Source: a virus (lineage: Duplodnaviria > Caudoviricetes). Taken from it: a DNA stretch of 64,000 nucleotides. The stretch covers positions 4,929 to 68,928 of IMG/VR virus record IMGVR_UViG_3300021412_000003. One strand, written 5' to 3'. A program made the position numbers and the translations under genes. The notes under the pieces were generated by a model. The model saw nothing but the letters and a program-made list of their open reading frames with translations. It ran no database searches and was not told where the DNA came from. This document shows, piece after piece, positions 54,836 through 64,000 of this stretch (positions are counted from its first letter, which is position 1; the number at the start of each line of letters is the position of its first letter).

Positions 54836-55093
54836 ATGGATGTGCTCATGTGGAAAGGAATGGACGTGAAGTTCAAGAAGTTCGTGGCAGTCGGAGCCAT
54901 AGGCGTGGCAGTTGTTCTGGGGGCTACGGCCTGTAGCAACAAGACGAACAACAGCCCGGATCAGATAATCGAGACCGAGAAGAAGCTGAAGAATGGGAAG
55001 ACGATTACCTGCCTCGTCCTGATCGAGGACAACACCGGCACCACTCCGGACGAGTGGGACAACATCAACTGCGATTGGGCGGGGGCTAGGTGA
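54836..55093 (+). CDS. Lipoprotein
   Basis: KFKKF...ATAC lipobox. Confidence 0.65.
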   Translation: MDVLMWKGMDVKFKKFVAVGAIGVAVVLGATACSNKTNNSPDQIIETEKKLKNGKTITCLVLIEDNTGTTPDEWDNINCDWAGAR

Positions 55094-55389
55094 AGAAGTA
55101 CTACAGCATCCAGGTCGTGAATCGGGAGCATTGGCCGGACGCCGAGGGCTTCGAGAGGCTGAAGCAGATCAAGTATCCGGCCACTTGGAGAGGCAAGCTT
55201 GGCTGCAAGCTGCACTGCGGAATGATGAACTGGCTCTTCAAGTTCGCGGCTAAGAAGAATCGGCCTATTCCGCCACTGCCCCAGTTTGTTCCGGTGTACA
55301 ACGAAGAAGCCTCTGGCGAAGAAACCCCGAACCCGTGGGCTGGGAGTCCAGATCCAGACGAGAAAGGGACCAAAATCAATGGGGAATAA
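55090..55389 (+). CDS. Hypothetical protein
   Basis: GTGA-type overlap. Confidence 0.5.
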   Translation: MKKYYSIQVVNREHWPDAEGFERLKQIKYPATWRGKLGCKLHCGMMNWLFKFAAKKNRPIPPLPQFVPVYNEEASGEETPNPWAGSPDPDEKGTKINGE

Positions 55390-55957
55390 CGACGACGTGG
55401 AAATGTCGCAAGCATGGCTGGACGGCGATCCGGTTATGCCGAGCGGCTCGATCGCCGAATCGATCATGAAGGCGAAGCAGAAAGAAGAGTTCGTTCGGGC
55501 GGTGGGCGAGGCGGCTTGGGTGGCGAAGGAAGAGGGAGTTCCTATGGAGGTCGCGAAAGCTGATCTCGTAATTCTGCCGGGCAAGTCTGTTCAAGAGGCT
55601 AGCGACGGGCATCACACCTTCAACGATCTGTATCGTATCCGGGCGCTGCTGACCGCTGCGCTCTTCAACGAGTGGTGGAGGAGTTCGGCCCGCAACGTAC
55701 GCAACGTGCATAAGTCCAAGCTGCACCATGACGGCACGATGTTCAAGGGCGGCTGGTTCGTCGTCATGGCGGAACTGCGCCAGTCAGATGGCAGTTGGAA
55801 ACAAATCTCGTTCCATTACGAGATGGCGCACTGGGATCTTTTCCGAGTGTATCCCAAGATACGGGCGATGAAATGGGATGGGCACGATCATATCGAGTCA
55901 TATCGTCGCCTGGGAGAGTTCTCACGGTGCCCCCGGACAGCCCTCTCGGAAAGCTGA
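55379..55957 (+). CDS. WDGH-domain protein
   Basis: SDGHHTFNDLY...KSKLHHDG...QISFHY...WDLF...WDGH. Confidence 0.7.
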   Translation: MGNNDDVEMSQAWLDGDPVMPSGSIAESIMKAKQKEEFVRAVGEAAWVAKEEGVPMEVAKADLVILPGKSVQEASDGHHTFNDLYRIRALLTAALFNEWWRSSARNVRNVHKSKLHHDGTMFKGGWFVVMAELRQSDGSWKQISFHYEMAHWDLFRVYPKIRAMKWDGHDHIESYRRLGEFSRCPRTALSES

Positions 55958-55963
55958 CTCGCA

Positions 55964-56239
55964 ATGAGTGAGATCCTTACTCGGGAACAGATGATCCAAC
56001 AAATGAACGTCGTGGCGACACGGGCTATCGAACTCCTTCGCCATGCCAAAGCTCGGGGAGAAAGCTCGACTGAGATGCAGTCGGCAATGCAAAAGGAGAG
56101 TATTTCGGAAGAGACCTATAGACTCATCTTAGACGCTTACTTGGCGGGTTTCACTACAGCGACCCAGCCGTGGATGGATATTCTCAAGAAATTCAAAGGG
56201 ATGCCACTCTACAACGGTAACAGCCGTCACCAGAAGTGA
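55964..56239 (+). CDS. Hypothetical protein
   Basis: ORF track. Confidence 0.55.
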   Translation: MSEILTREQMIQQMNVVATRAIELLRHAKARGESSTEMQSAMQKESISEETYRLILDAYLAGFTTATQPWMDILKKFKGMPLYNGNSRHQK

Positions 56240-56245
56240 GGCACA

Positions 56246-56446
56246 ATGCCCAATACAATCGGCAACCTTCCGCAGGCTTCCGTTTATGTCGAAGTAGCAG
56301 TTCCGACCGCTAATGGGGAGCGGGTTGTCTTTTTCACCGAGGAGTATACCACAGATCAGTTGGACATACAGGCCGTGCATCAAATGCTCGCTCGGTCTGA
56401 AGAAGCAGTTGTAGAAAATCTCGGACTTCGGAATCACCCGATGTGA
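56246..56446 (+). CDS. Hypothetical protein
   Basis: GAGG RBS. Confidence 0.55.
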   Translation: MPNTIGNLPQASVYVEVAVPTANGERVVFFTEEYTTDQLDIQAVHQMLARSEEAVVENLGLRNHPM

Positions 56447-56523
56447 GGATACTCATGGGACACCTGAAAACAAAACTCCGACGACACGGATACGCCCCTA
56501 CGAAGGTATGGGCCTAGGAAGGA

Positions 56524-56913
56524 ATGAGGATTCTCGATATGCTGCTCTCTAGTTTTCGCAAACCAGCTCCCTCAGTCAAGAAAGGAGAACGGCGAATGAT
56601 TGTCCCGAATGAAGTTGTTTCCGCCAGCACAGATTGTCCACGCGAGCGCAATACTTCCATTGAATCCCTCGTAAAAGGCGTCCAGCGGCAGCGGAAGATG
56701 TACGTGAAGGACAAGATCCTCTCGCACAGCCCCTTGGTGCGAATGTTCTTCCGAACGGGCGAAGGTCACGACCAGACTCCAATGGTGACAGGGCATCTGG
56801 TGCGCACTCGTGCTATCGAGGTTGATGGCATGAACGATATGCTCGAAATAACAATCCGGGTCAACGCCGACCAGGCGGCCCAACTCCCCTTTGTGGAGGT
56901 CTACGATGCCTGA
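56524..56913 (+). CDS. Hypothetical protein
   Basis: AGGAAGG RBS. Confidence 0.55.
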   Translation: MRILDMLLSSFRKPAPSVKKGERRMIVPNEVVSASTDCPRERNTSIESLVKGVQRQRKMYVKDKILSHSPLVRMFFRTGEGHDQTPMVTGHLVRTRAIEVDGMNDMLEITIRVNADQAAQLPFVEVYDA

Positions 56914-57655
56914 AATTCTCAGTCGCTATCAGCTCAGCAACCGAAAAACCCTTCCAACTCTCTACCATGTTCCGTCCGTATATGGAAAGGCGGTTCTCGT
57001 GAGTGCAGACGAGTACAAGACCGATACCCTGCCGAAACCCGGTGGGGCGCACCGAATCAACAACCCCAACAATCCCAACACCTATCCGTTCAAGGCTCTA
57101 TCCATGGAGGATACCGGGATCATGAAGCCTTTCCGATCGGAGACCACCGACCGAAGAACCGATCTATCTCGGGGCGCGATTCGGCGGAACATCCGCCAGG
57201 ACCGTGGTCGGCCCTCCTGGAAGCGGAATCAGGCCGAGAACTGGTGGGTTCGCAACCAGCACACGGTTAAACCCCACGCGATCGCGGTGGGGATCGGGCT
57301 GGTCTTGATGGTGCTGGCCCTGATACTGGCTGATGTAGCTAGTGCCCATGCTGCCCCCGCCCCCTTGCCGTCAACGGCCGCAGGAACGCAGCTAGACATG
57401 TCTAATTGGCTTACTGGCAGCGCGCAGGGCGGGCCGCACCCGGCCCCTATGCCGCAGTACTGGGAAACTCCTCTCGGTAAGCTTCAGATCTGCAGGATCC
57501 TAGATCAGTGGAATTGGGGACTCCTGGATCAGTGGAATTGGGGACCGAGTGCTCCCGGCATTCGGACCCTAGAGCTTAGGCTCGACGAACAGCGCTGTGC
57601 GCTCAAGAACATCCCCGTGGGATCTGTCTCGGAGGCCAACCTGCCGGGAGAGTGA
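56906..57655 (+). CDS. Membrane-anchored hypothetical protein
   Basis: GGAGG RBS; central TM segment. Confidence 0.55.
   Translation: MPEILSRYQLSNRKTLPTLYHVPSVYGKAVLVSADEYKTDTLPKPGGAHRINNPNNPNTYPFKALSMEDTGIMKPFRSETTDRRTDLSRGAIRRNIRQDRGRPSWKRNQAENWWVRNQHTVKPHAIAVGIGLVLMVLALILADVASAHAAPAPLPSTAAGTQLDMSNWLTGSAQGGPHPAPMPQYWETPLGKLQICRILDQWNWGLLDQWNWGPSAPGIRTLELRLDEQRCALKNIPVGSVSEANLPGE
57499..57546. repeat. 24-bp in-frame tandem duplication
   Basis: CCTAGATCAGTGGAATTGGGGACT / CCTGGATCAGTGGAATTGGGGACC, encoding LDQWNWG twice. Confidence 0.9.
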
Positions 57656-57662
57656 GTTATGA

Positions 57663-58355
57663 GTGAAACACCAGGTCATTGACCTGGACGCAAATCGGCG
57701 CCCTCGGAAAGTAAAGGTAATCGATCCAGAAGATATCCCCAGCGAAGTACAAGTTCTCGCCCTCGACCCTGGCGGAACTACCGGCTGGACGATTCTTACC
57801 TGTGATCCCATTGCCTTACTTCCCGAGGGACCGAGCGTTCTTAAGTCCGTTCAAAGGTGGTACATTGGCCAAGTTGACTGCGGCTCAACGAAAGGCAATT
57901 TGGGGAATAGTCCGTACACAGGGATTTCTACTGCTGGAGAGTCTGCTGGAGCAGCTGTCCTCGGACGACTTGCGCGAAATTGGCCTGGAGCTGCCATCGT
58001 GGTTGAGTCTTTCATTCTCCGACAATTCAGCAAGGATCAAGATCTCCTTTCCCCGCAAAGAATCACAGCCAAATTCGAGCAGTACCTGTGGCTCGACGGC
58101 CGGAGCTACTTCACGCAAAGTCCAAGCGAAGCCAAGACGAGCGCAACGGATGAGCGCCTGAAGACGTGGGGATTCTACACCAGTGAGGGAGGTCTCCGCC
58201 ACGCTCGCGATGCGACCCGGCACGGACTCACGTTCTTGCGCCGAGCCTCCCAGCCCGGAAGAAAGGCGGCGGAACTAAGAGTCGCGGCGTGGCCGCACTT
58301 CTTCGCGGCCGGGTCTCCATACGGCCCGGAACTGCGAGCAGAGGAAACAGCGTAA
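57663..58355 (+). CDS. RuvC-like Holliday junction resolvase
   Basis: VLALDPGGTTGW, IVVESF, RHARDATRH. Confidence 0.8.
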   Translation: MKHQVIDLDANRRPRKVKVIDPEDIPSEVQVLALDPGGTTGWTILTCDPIALLPEGPSVLKSVQRWYIGQVDCGSTKGNLGNSPYTGISTAGESAGAAVLGRLARNWPGAAIVVESFILRQFSKDQDLLSPQRITAKFEQYLWLDGRSYFTQSPSEAKTSATDERLKTWGFYTSEGGLRHARDATRHGLTFLRRASQPGRKAAELRVAAWPHFFAAGSPYGPELRAEETA

Positions 58356-58363
58356 GCGTCCTA

Positions 58364-58472
58364 ACCGACCTGGTAGTGTGGTATAGCGCCAGGTCGGTTT
58401 GGCGTGAGTGGTGCGAATAGCGCGGTTCGGTTTGGCGCGAATAGCGCGGTTTGATGTGGATAGTGCGAATAG
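58364..58472 (+). promoter_or_regulatory. Inverted repeat around a -10 element plus direct repeats (operator-like)
   Basis: ACCGACCTGG/CCAGGTCGGT flanks TGTGGTATAG; G(T/C)GCGAATAG at 58411, 58435 and 58463. Confidence 0.55.
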
Positions 58473-58481
58473 GAGTTTTAC

Positions 58482-58754
58482 ATGGCTGATCCCAGGATCA
58501 ACGGAATTCGGGTTTATTTCAATGACGATGAGGTGAGTGCCATTAAAGATCTCGCCGAGGAGATGAGTATCTCTGAGAGCTCGGCGATTCGATACATGAT
58601 GACGGTCGGCATGAAAGCTCTTCGACCATCCCAACGAGAATCGGTCTTACTCGACGAGGAGACCCTTTCAGGGACCTCCCCGATGGAAAGACTGGCTGTT
58701 GCGATGAGTGAGCCGGGGGAACGAAACAGGACGCCGATTCTGCGGTTGGCGTAG
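58482..58754 (+). CDS. Ribbon-helix-helix-like DNA-binding protein
   Basis: IRVYFNDDEVSAIKDLAEEMSISESSAIR pattern; AGGAG RBS. Confidence 0.6.
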   Translation: MADPRINGIRVYFNDDEVSAIKDLAEEMSISESSAIRYMMTVGMKALRPSQRESVLLDEETLSGTSPMERLAVAMSEPGERNRTPILRLA

Positions 58755-58817
58755 TTTGTGGAGAGGGTTGCCTCTCTAAGGCTCGAAGTTGGATCTCTAG
58801 GGTAAAGGGCTGCCGTT

Positions 58818-61655
58818 GTGGGTGATGTGAAAACGCAAGTGAGAAATATGATCAGTGGGAAGCCGTTTAAACTCACAGCCTTAGAGTATCACAGGCGTGG
58901 ATGGTTTCCGTTCCCTCTGCCTCCCCGGGACAAGTTTCCGCCACCGGAAGGTGCGACCGGCAAGAAAAATCCTATCCTAGAAGATCCCCTGGCCCAAGTC
59001 ACTGAGTATCTCGGTGAGCATCCGCACGACAGCAACGTCGGTCTGCGCATGGACCACAACGTCATCGGCATCGATGTAGATCATTACGACGACAAGCATG
59101 GCGCGGACGAACTGGCGGAATTGGAGAAGAAACTCGGGAAACTTCCCTCGACGTGGGTCTCTTCCGCCAGGACGGATGGCCATTCTGGCATCCGTTTCTT
59201 CCGTATTCCCAATAGTTTCCTTCCCGGTACAAAGCTGGGCGGGAAACACGGCTTGAGTTTTAGTGGCAAGGCTGCCAACGCTATTGACGTGGTGCAGTAC
59301 GCCCACCGTTACGCTATGGTGGGTCCAAGTTGGCACCCTGGGGTAGGTGCCGAGGTGCGCTGGTTTGCCCCAGACGAACCCTTGGATCGAATCCCTAGCG
59401 CCTACCGCACCATCCTCCGCCACAAGAACGTATCTAGGTCTGAGCCCGGAAGTAAGATCGGGACGGTCGATTCCGGGGGCGCTCGATCTACGCATCGAGT
59501 CTCGGTGGTTCGTTTCATCCGGGAAGAAACCAGCATCAAAATCCCGTACGTGGATGAGCTACCAGATCTCCCCGCCCCCTGGGTGGAGTTCCTCTCGCGT
59601 GGATATATACGAGATGATCTCAAGGCTCGAGATATCACCAGTTCCGAGCGAGAGCTGCTCAACTGGGCGGCTCAGAACTTCCCGGGCGGTAAGTCTGCGG
59701 CACCTTGCAAGACCGTTCGCAAGGCTGCGGCTACGCACAAGGAACGGATGAAGACCGGTGAATCTTCACACGACAAGATCGTGGAGATGCACTGGAATAT
59801 CTACAACTATGCGCTCGAAGGACATCGCGGTTCTCTGCTCTCTTCCGCCAGGCTGGAGAAGGTTTGGACCCGCACCGTTCTCAAGGGTAACCAGGTCCAC
59901 GGACAGAAGCGCCATCTCACTGAAGCCAGCGGAGAGATCTTCCGTAGCCGAGTGGAAGCCCTTCGCAAGATCAAGGGCATGGCTGACGAAGTCATCGAGG
60001 ACGGGGGCAACCCGTTCAAGACTCAGTGCACTTGCCATGACGAGGAGGAGACCAATCGGGAACTGGAGCAGGCGGGCATCCCCAGTGGCATCGGCCAGAT
60101 CAAGGATCTGGAGGAGTATGACCACAGCGACCGGGGCCGGGCTGAGATCTACCGGGATATGTTCACCACCGAACGCATCAAGGTGGTGGGTAGCGGCGAT
60201 ACCTCTAAGTGGTATTTCTGGAAACTGGACGGCACTGAGTTCGGCTGGCGACAAGACAACGACCTGGCCATGCGTCTCGTGGAGGCAATCTCCAAGGCGT
60301 ACAAGACCAAGTACAACCAGCTCATGCAGAAGTATCGGGAGCAGAATCTTGCTGAAGATCCAGAAGCAAAACTCACCATTGCCGAAGCCAAAAGGTTTCG
60401 CTCTCTGTATGAGATAGCGGGCAACGCCGCCACGATCAAGAACTGTCTGACAATGCTGGGCACCCTGCCCGAGGTTCGGGTGGAGGATACCTTCTTCGAT
60501 CATAAGCCGCATCTCCTGGGCTTTGAGGATGGCGTGGTCGAGTTGCTTCCTGGACAGCCCTGGAAGTTCCGCCAGAAGACGTTTGAAGATCGTGTGAGCA
60601 TGTCCGTCGGTCGTCCATTCACTGGCAAAAGCCTCCGTGAGCTGGCAGATGCGCGCGATCCTGGGTATCTGGCTCTTCTGGATTATCAGAAGACCTTCGT
60701 CCCGGACCTGGATCTGTGGCATTTCGTACAGGCCGTGCTCGGCTATACACTGTACGGCGGCAACCCTTCTCGTCAGATCTACTTCTTCCATGGCGAATCG
60801 AGCACCGGTAAGTCCATGCTTGTGAACGCTCTGCAGAAGGCTCTCGGCCCGTATGGAGGTAGCTCGAATGGAGATGTCTTCAACGACAAGGATGGTGGCC
60901 GCAACCCCGAAATCATGAAGACTCGGGGTAAGAGACTGGTTCAGCTGCCCGAGTTTGGCGACGGACACTGGATTACGAACGATAGCCTCAAGCGCCTGGC
61001 GTCCGAGGATATCCTCTCGGTTCGTGACAACTACGCCAAGAGCGATCAGATCGTGGAGTTCCAGCAGACGGCTACCTTCATTGGACCCACCAACTCAGTG
61101 CCTCGAATCAATGGTATCGACACGGCGGTGAAGCGTCGCATCGTGGCCGTGCCATTCGATCAGGTGATGCCGGATGCGGAATTGGACCTGGACAAAGCCA
61201 ATTTCTTGGCAACTCAGGGACGAGATGCCGTGATCGCATGGGCTTTGGAAGGATGGAACGCCTACTCCGCCACTGGCGGCGGTGTACTCCGCTCTACCAA
61301 TTGGCCTTCTGCGGTGACCAAGCGTACCAAGGAATTCATCGGCGAGATGTCTACTATTGGTGAGTTCGTGGAGGATTATATCCTAGTCACGGATAAGCCA
61401 GAGGATAAACTGTCGGCGAAGATGGCGTTCTCTCGCTATCAGATATGGGCAGAAGAGCAGGGCACCCACGAGAGTAAGCGCCTCGACCAGCGTAGATTGT
61501 CTCGAGCCATTGCGGATTACACCGGGAAAAAGAGCCAGATGGTTCGCAATGGGAAGTCCACCGAGCGTGGATGGAGTGGTGTACGGCTGACCGGTGGAAA
61601 CTCGAGAGTCAACGGAAGGGGATTCGAAGTAGTGACGGACCAAAAGACGCAATAA
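58818..61655 (+). CDS. Bifunctional primase-polymerase fused to SF3 (D5-like) helicase
   Basis: FPLPPRDKFPP, NVGL...IGIDVD; Walker A GESSTGKS; C-terminal winged helix. Confidence 0.9.
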   Translation: MGDVKTQVRNMISGKPFKLTALEYHRRGWFPFPLPPRDKFPPPEGATGKKNPILEDPLAQVTEYLGEHPHDSNVGLRMDHNVIGIDVDHYDDKHGADELAELEKKLGKLPSTWVSSARTDGHSGIRFFRIPNSFLPGTKLGGKHGLSFSGKAANAIDVVQYAHRYAMVGPSWHPGVGAEVRWFAPDEPLDRIPSAYRTILRHKNVSRSEPGSKIGTVDSGGARSTHRVSVVRFIREETSIKIPYVDELPDLPAPWVEFLSRGYIRDDLKARDITSSERELLNWAAQNFPGGKSAAPCKTVRKAAATHKERMKTGESSHDKIVEMHWNIYNYALEGHRGSLLSSARLEKVWTRTVLKGNQVHGQKRHLTEASGEIFRSRVEALRKIKGMADEVIEDGGNPFKTQCTCHDEEETNRELEQAGIPSGIGQIKDLEEYDHSDRGRAEIYRDMFTTERIKVVGSGDTSKWYFWKLDGTEFGWRQDNDLAMRLVEAISKAYKTKYNQLMQKYREQNLAEDPEAKLTIAEAKRFRSLYEIAGNAATIKNCLTMLGTLPEVRVEDTFFDHKPHLLGFEDGVVELLPGQPWKFRQKTFEDRVSMSVGRPFTGKSLRELADARDPGYLALLDYQKTFVPDLDLWHFVQAVLGYTLYGGNPSRQIYFFHGESSTGKSMLVNALQKALGPYGGSSNGDVFNDKDGGRNPEIMKTRGKRLVQLPEFGDGHWITNDSLKRLASEDILSVRDNYAKSDQIVEFQQTATFIGPTNSVPRINGIDTAVKRRIVAVPFDQVMPDAELDLDKANFLATQGRDAVIAWALEGWNAYSATGGGVLRSTNWPSAVTKRTKEFIGEMSTIGEFVEDYILVTDKPEDKLSAKMAFSRYQIWAEEQGTHESKRLDQRRLSRAIADYTGKKSQMVRNGKSTERGWSGVRLTGGNSRVNGRGFEVVTDQKTQ

Positions 61656-61686
61656 AGTAGGCAGAAATAAGGGAAAAAATGCTGGA

Positions 61687-61990
61687 CACAGATAGTGTAG
61701 CGATGTGTGTCAGACGTGTAGCGATGGCATTGACACACTATCTGTGCAGGTAGAGGCGTTAGAAACGTCCGATGTAGCGATGTAGCGCTATCCGACCCCA
61801 CCTTTTATACATGGGCGTTTTTATACGGGGCAATGCGTGTAGGAACTGCTGATATTTTTACCTACACGTATAAGTCAACAGTTACATCGCTACATCGCTA
61901 CAAATACAGTTAAGAGAGGGTTCTACCAGGGGATATGGGTGTAGCGATGGTGCTGTTTTAAGCGCTACACAAGCGCTACACATCGCTACA
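61687..61990. repeat. Origin-like field of TGTAGCG(AT) repeats in both orientations
   Basis: About 5 TGTAGCG and 5 CGCTACA copies, 12-bp inverted repeat 61687-61698/61735-61746, AT-richer core; directly after primase-helicase. Confidence 0.75.
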
Positions 61991-62048
61991 CTTTTTGGTT
62001 CGAATGCCAGAATAAACACCGGAATAGCGTGTTTACCAGGGTACACGC

Positions 62049-62273
62049 ATGATTGGGGCAGTTATGGCTAAGGTCGATAAAACTATGAAACAGCTGGGTG
62101 AAGAAATCGCAGAGATAAAACGCCAGGCTTATATCGATAAGAAAAAGAAGCGTGAGGCCATGAGCCTAGAAGGACGGAAAGCTGTGGCTCTGGAGAGTAT
62201 CGCAGACACCATGGAAGATCTGAAGGATTCCATTAGCGACATCAGAAATTGTCTGTCGCAATGGCCCCACTAG
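62049..62273 (+). CDS. Small coiled-coil protein
   Basis: ORF track; start may be ATG 62064. Confidence 0.55.
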   Translation: MIGAVMAKVDKTMKQLGEEIAEIKRQAYIDKKKKREAMSLEGRKAVALESIADTMEDLKDSISDIRNCLSQWPH

Positions 62274-62302
62274 TCTTGGCGGAAAGGTGGTATGATGCTC
62301 TC

Positions 62303-62692
62303 ATGACGAGCCCACTAGTGCGCGGGCAAGAGCCTGGCGAAAGCGAATTTTCTTGGGGGAAAGGTTTAGTGCCGCCGCAATTGCGCGGGTATGTACCAAC
62401 GAATCGAACTTATCTGTCTGCTCAATATCAGACTGATGCGGCGAACCCTGGCGCGAATATTGAGGGTACGTTGGTGCCTAACCCGACGCAGAGTCATGCG
62501 GATCCAAAAACTGGGATGTATGTACCGGGTGATTTGGATGTAGGTGCAACGCCTCGGGTACGAGAAGTAGGACCTTCGCGACCTGCGGGTATTGACCCCA
62601 GTAAATATAATCCCGGTCATTACGCAGACGGTCTTCAAAATGGAGAGGGCGACGCTTGGCGGGCTAGCCTGCCTCCGAACCCTGTGGTATAA
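62303..62692 (+). CDS. Pro/Gly-rich protein, possible virion accessory protein
   Basis: Start ATG 62303; extended-looking sequence upstream of terminase. Confidence 0.55.
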   Translation: MTSPLVRGQEPGESEFSWGKGLVPPQLRGYVPTNRTYLSAQYQTDAANPGANIEGTLVPNPTQSHADPKTGMYVPGDLDVGATPRVREVGPSRPAGIDPSKYNPGHYADGLQNGEGDAWRASLPPNPVV

Positions 62693-62746
62693 CCGCGCAC
62701 AGGTACATACACACGAACGCGCAGAGCGCAAACGAGAGGGCAGCCC

Positions 62747-63073
62747 GTGGCTGGTAAGATTGAAGATGGTAAGGCTCTCACTGAGGATGGGCAGAACTGC
62801 TTCCATGGGGTTCCAAGTCTCGCAGCTCTAGTGCCTACCTTCGCAGGATTCGCGAGTATGTGTTGGGAGAATCCTGAGGGCGCGGGAGTTTTCAATTGTG
62901 AAGAAGCGAATGCAGCGTGCAACTCGTTTGCTGAGCGTGCGAGCAACATCATTTGGGATCGCTTGTATCAGCATCTGTACGCGGTTATTGAGAAGGCTAG
63001 CCCTGCCATGTCCAAGGAACAGATTGACGTAGATATCGCGGTTCTTGTTTCGGGGTTGGATCTGTGGAACTAA
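62747..63073 (+). CDS. Hypothetical protein
   Basis: GAGGG RBS. Confidence 0.55.
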   Translation: MAGKIEDGKALTEDGQNCFHGVPSLAALVPTFAGFASMCWENPEGAGVFNCEEANAACNSFAERASNIIWDRLYQHLYAVIEKASPAMSKEQIDVDIAVLVSGLDLWN

Positions 63074-64000
63074 GTATCGATCAACGCTTTGAACTTGACA
63101 GCCTTCGGGGTCGCCCCGACGGCCCAGTTCGGTATGTTCCTGAGCTGGACGAAGAAGTGCCCACTTATGTGGATCCTCGTAAGGACTTGTATCCTAATGG
63201 GATTGAAGAAACCCTGATGTACCATGTTCCTCTTAAGTTTCGTGGTCCATACAAGGCGGGTGCTGGCGCTAGTGAAGGGCCAAACAGGGAGAGAATCGGC
63301 CCTAATGGCTATTGCCTATGCATGGGCCATGCTCGAATTTATGCTAGCAATCATCCTCCGCGTAAGAGCGATGGGCTCCGCCATATGGCCAAGAATGCCG
63401 GAAAACCCTGCGGGCTGAAGGCTCAGAATAGGTCCGGGTATTGCGGTTGGCATGGTGGAGCTTTGCATCCATTGGACAAGAGCAAGCCGAAGGTATACAC
63501 TCGAGAGTTCTTGTTTGCTTATGGCAAGCTTCCGATAGAAGAGTTGGACGATGAAGAGCTTGCCCGAGGACAGATTCGTCGTAGCGATGGAACTTGGACG
63601 AACAACAAGAATATACCAAGAGAAGTATTCCAGGCTGCACAAGCTGAGCTGTTCAAGCGTGCAGATCAAAGGCTTCGAGAAAATCTCATGACTGCCGTTG
63701 ACACCATGGCGGAGATTGCCAGTGGCTCAGCCTACGAGCCCGAGGTTCGCATACGTGCTGCTCAGTTCATATACGAGCGCGTACGAGGGAAGAACCCTGA
63801 TGTAGTTATTCACACCCAGGACAAGCCCTTTGAGGTCATGATGACCGACATGGTTCTCGGGGGTGGTAGTCGAGCCGCCTCGCGCGCGCAGCGCGGGCTC
63901 GAGAGCGCGGTAGACGCAGAGGTGGTGGAAGATTATGGAATTGACGTTGGTGATCATCGCCTTGGTGATGAACACGATGATTCTGGTGTGGATACTGTGG
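63064..64000 (+). CDS. terS: Terminase small subunit (3' truncated by window)
   Basis: Hand-translated frame from GTG 63064 open to the end; C..KA.N.SGYC.WHGG motif, ELDDEELARGQIR. Confidence 0.7.
   Translation, partial: MELSIDQRFELDSLRGRPDGPVRYVPELDEEVPTYVDPRKDLYPNGIEETLMYHVPLKFRGPYKAGAGASEGPNRERIGPNGYCLCMGHARIYASNHPPRKSDGLRHMAKNAGKPCGLKAQNRSGYCGWHGGALHPLDKSKPKVYTREFLFAYGKLPIEELDDEELARGQIRRSDGTWTNNKNIPREVFQAAQAELFKRADQRLRENLMTAVDTMAEIASGSAYEPEVRIRAAQFIYERVRGKNPDVVIHTQDKPFEVMMTDMVLGGGSRAASRAQRGLESAVDAEVVEDYGIDVGDHRLGDEHDDSGVDTV

Noticed and set aside
1-64000. Integrase, immunity repressor, reverse transcriptase/DGR or retron
   Set aside because: No tyrosine/serine recombinase, leftward repressor or YxDD-type RT motif was found; the missing genome segment (terminase large subunit region) could not be inspected.

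Overview
Almost complete genome of a lytic, siphovirus-like actinobacteriophage. The host is probably a mycolic-acid-lineage actinomycete such as Nocardia, Rhodococcus or Gordonia (inference from lysin style and a Nocardia-type glycine-zipper gene). All credible genes are on the + strand. The order is: portal; a block of very basic small head-region proteins; JAB protease; MuF; scaffold; capsid; head fibres; connectors; tail; lysis; a repeat-containing intergenic region; early small genes; SNF2 helicase; Cas4-like nuclease, AAA ATPase and SSB; a nucleotide-modification-like block; HNH; DnaE; MazG-like, deoxyribosyltransferase-like and ThyX genes; RuvC; primase-helicase; an origin-like repeat field; and a terminase small subunit running off the right end. 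The large terminase is outside the window. No integrase, repressor, tRNA or CRISPR array was found. The most striking feature is in dnaE: its conserved PHP motif TEHG-N is split by a 7-nt stop-containing insert (GGT|TGAGAGC|AAC) at the tip of a hairpin, about 130 bp downstream of a free-standing HNH gene. This looks like a minimal ribosomal-bypass element paired with a homing endonuclease. Other highlights are a ~350-nt pseudoknotted ncRNA candidate, a JAMM protease with matching PFxGG|D motifs on both scaffold and capsid, a +1 (UUU_CG) tail-chaperone frameshift, and a structured leader with a 25-aa peptide.
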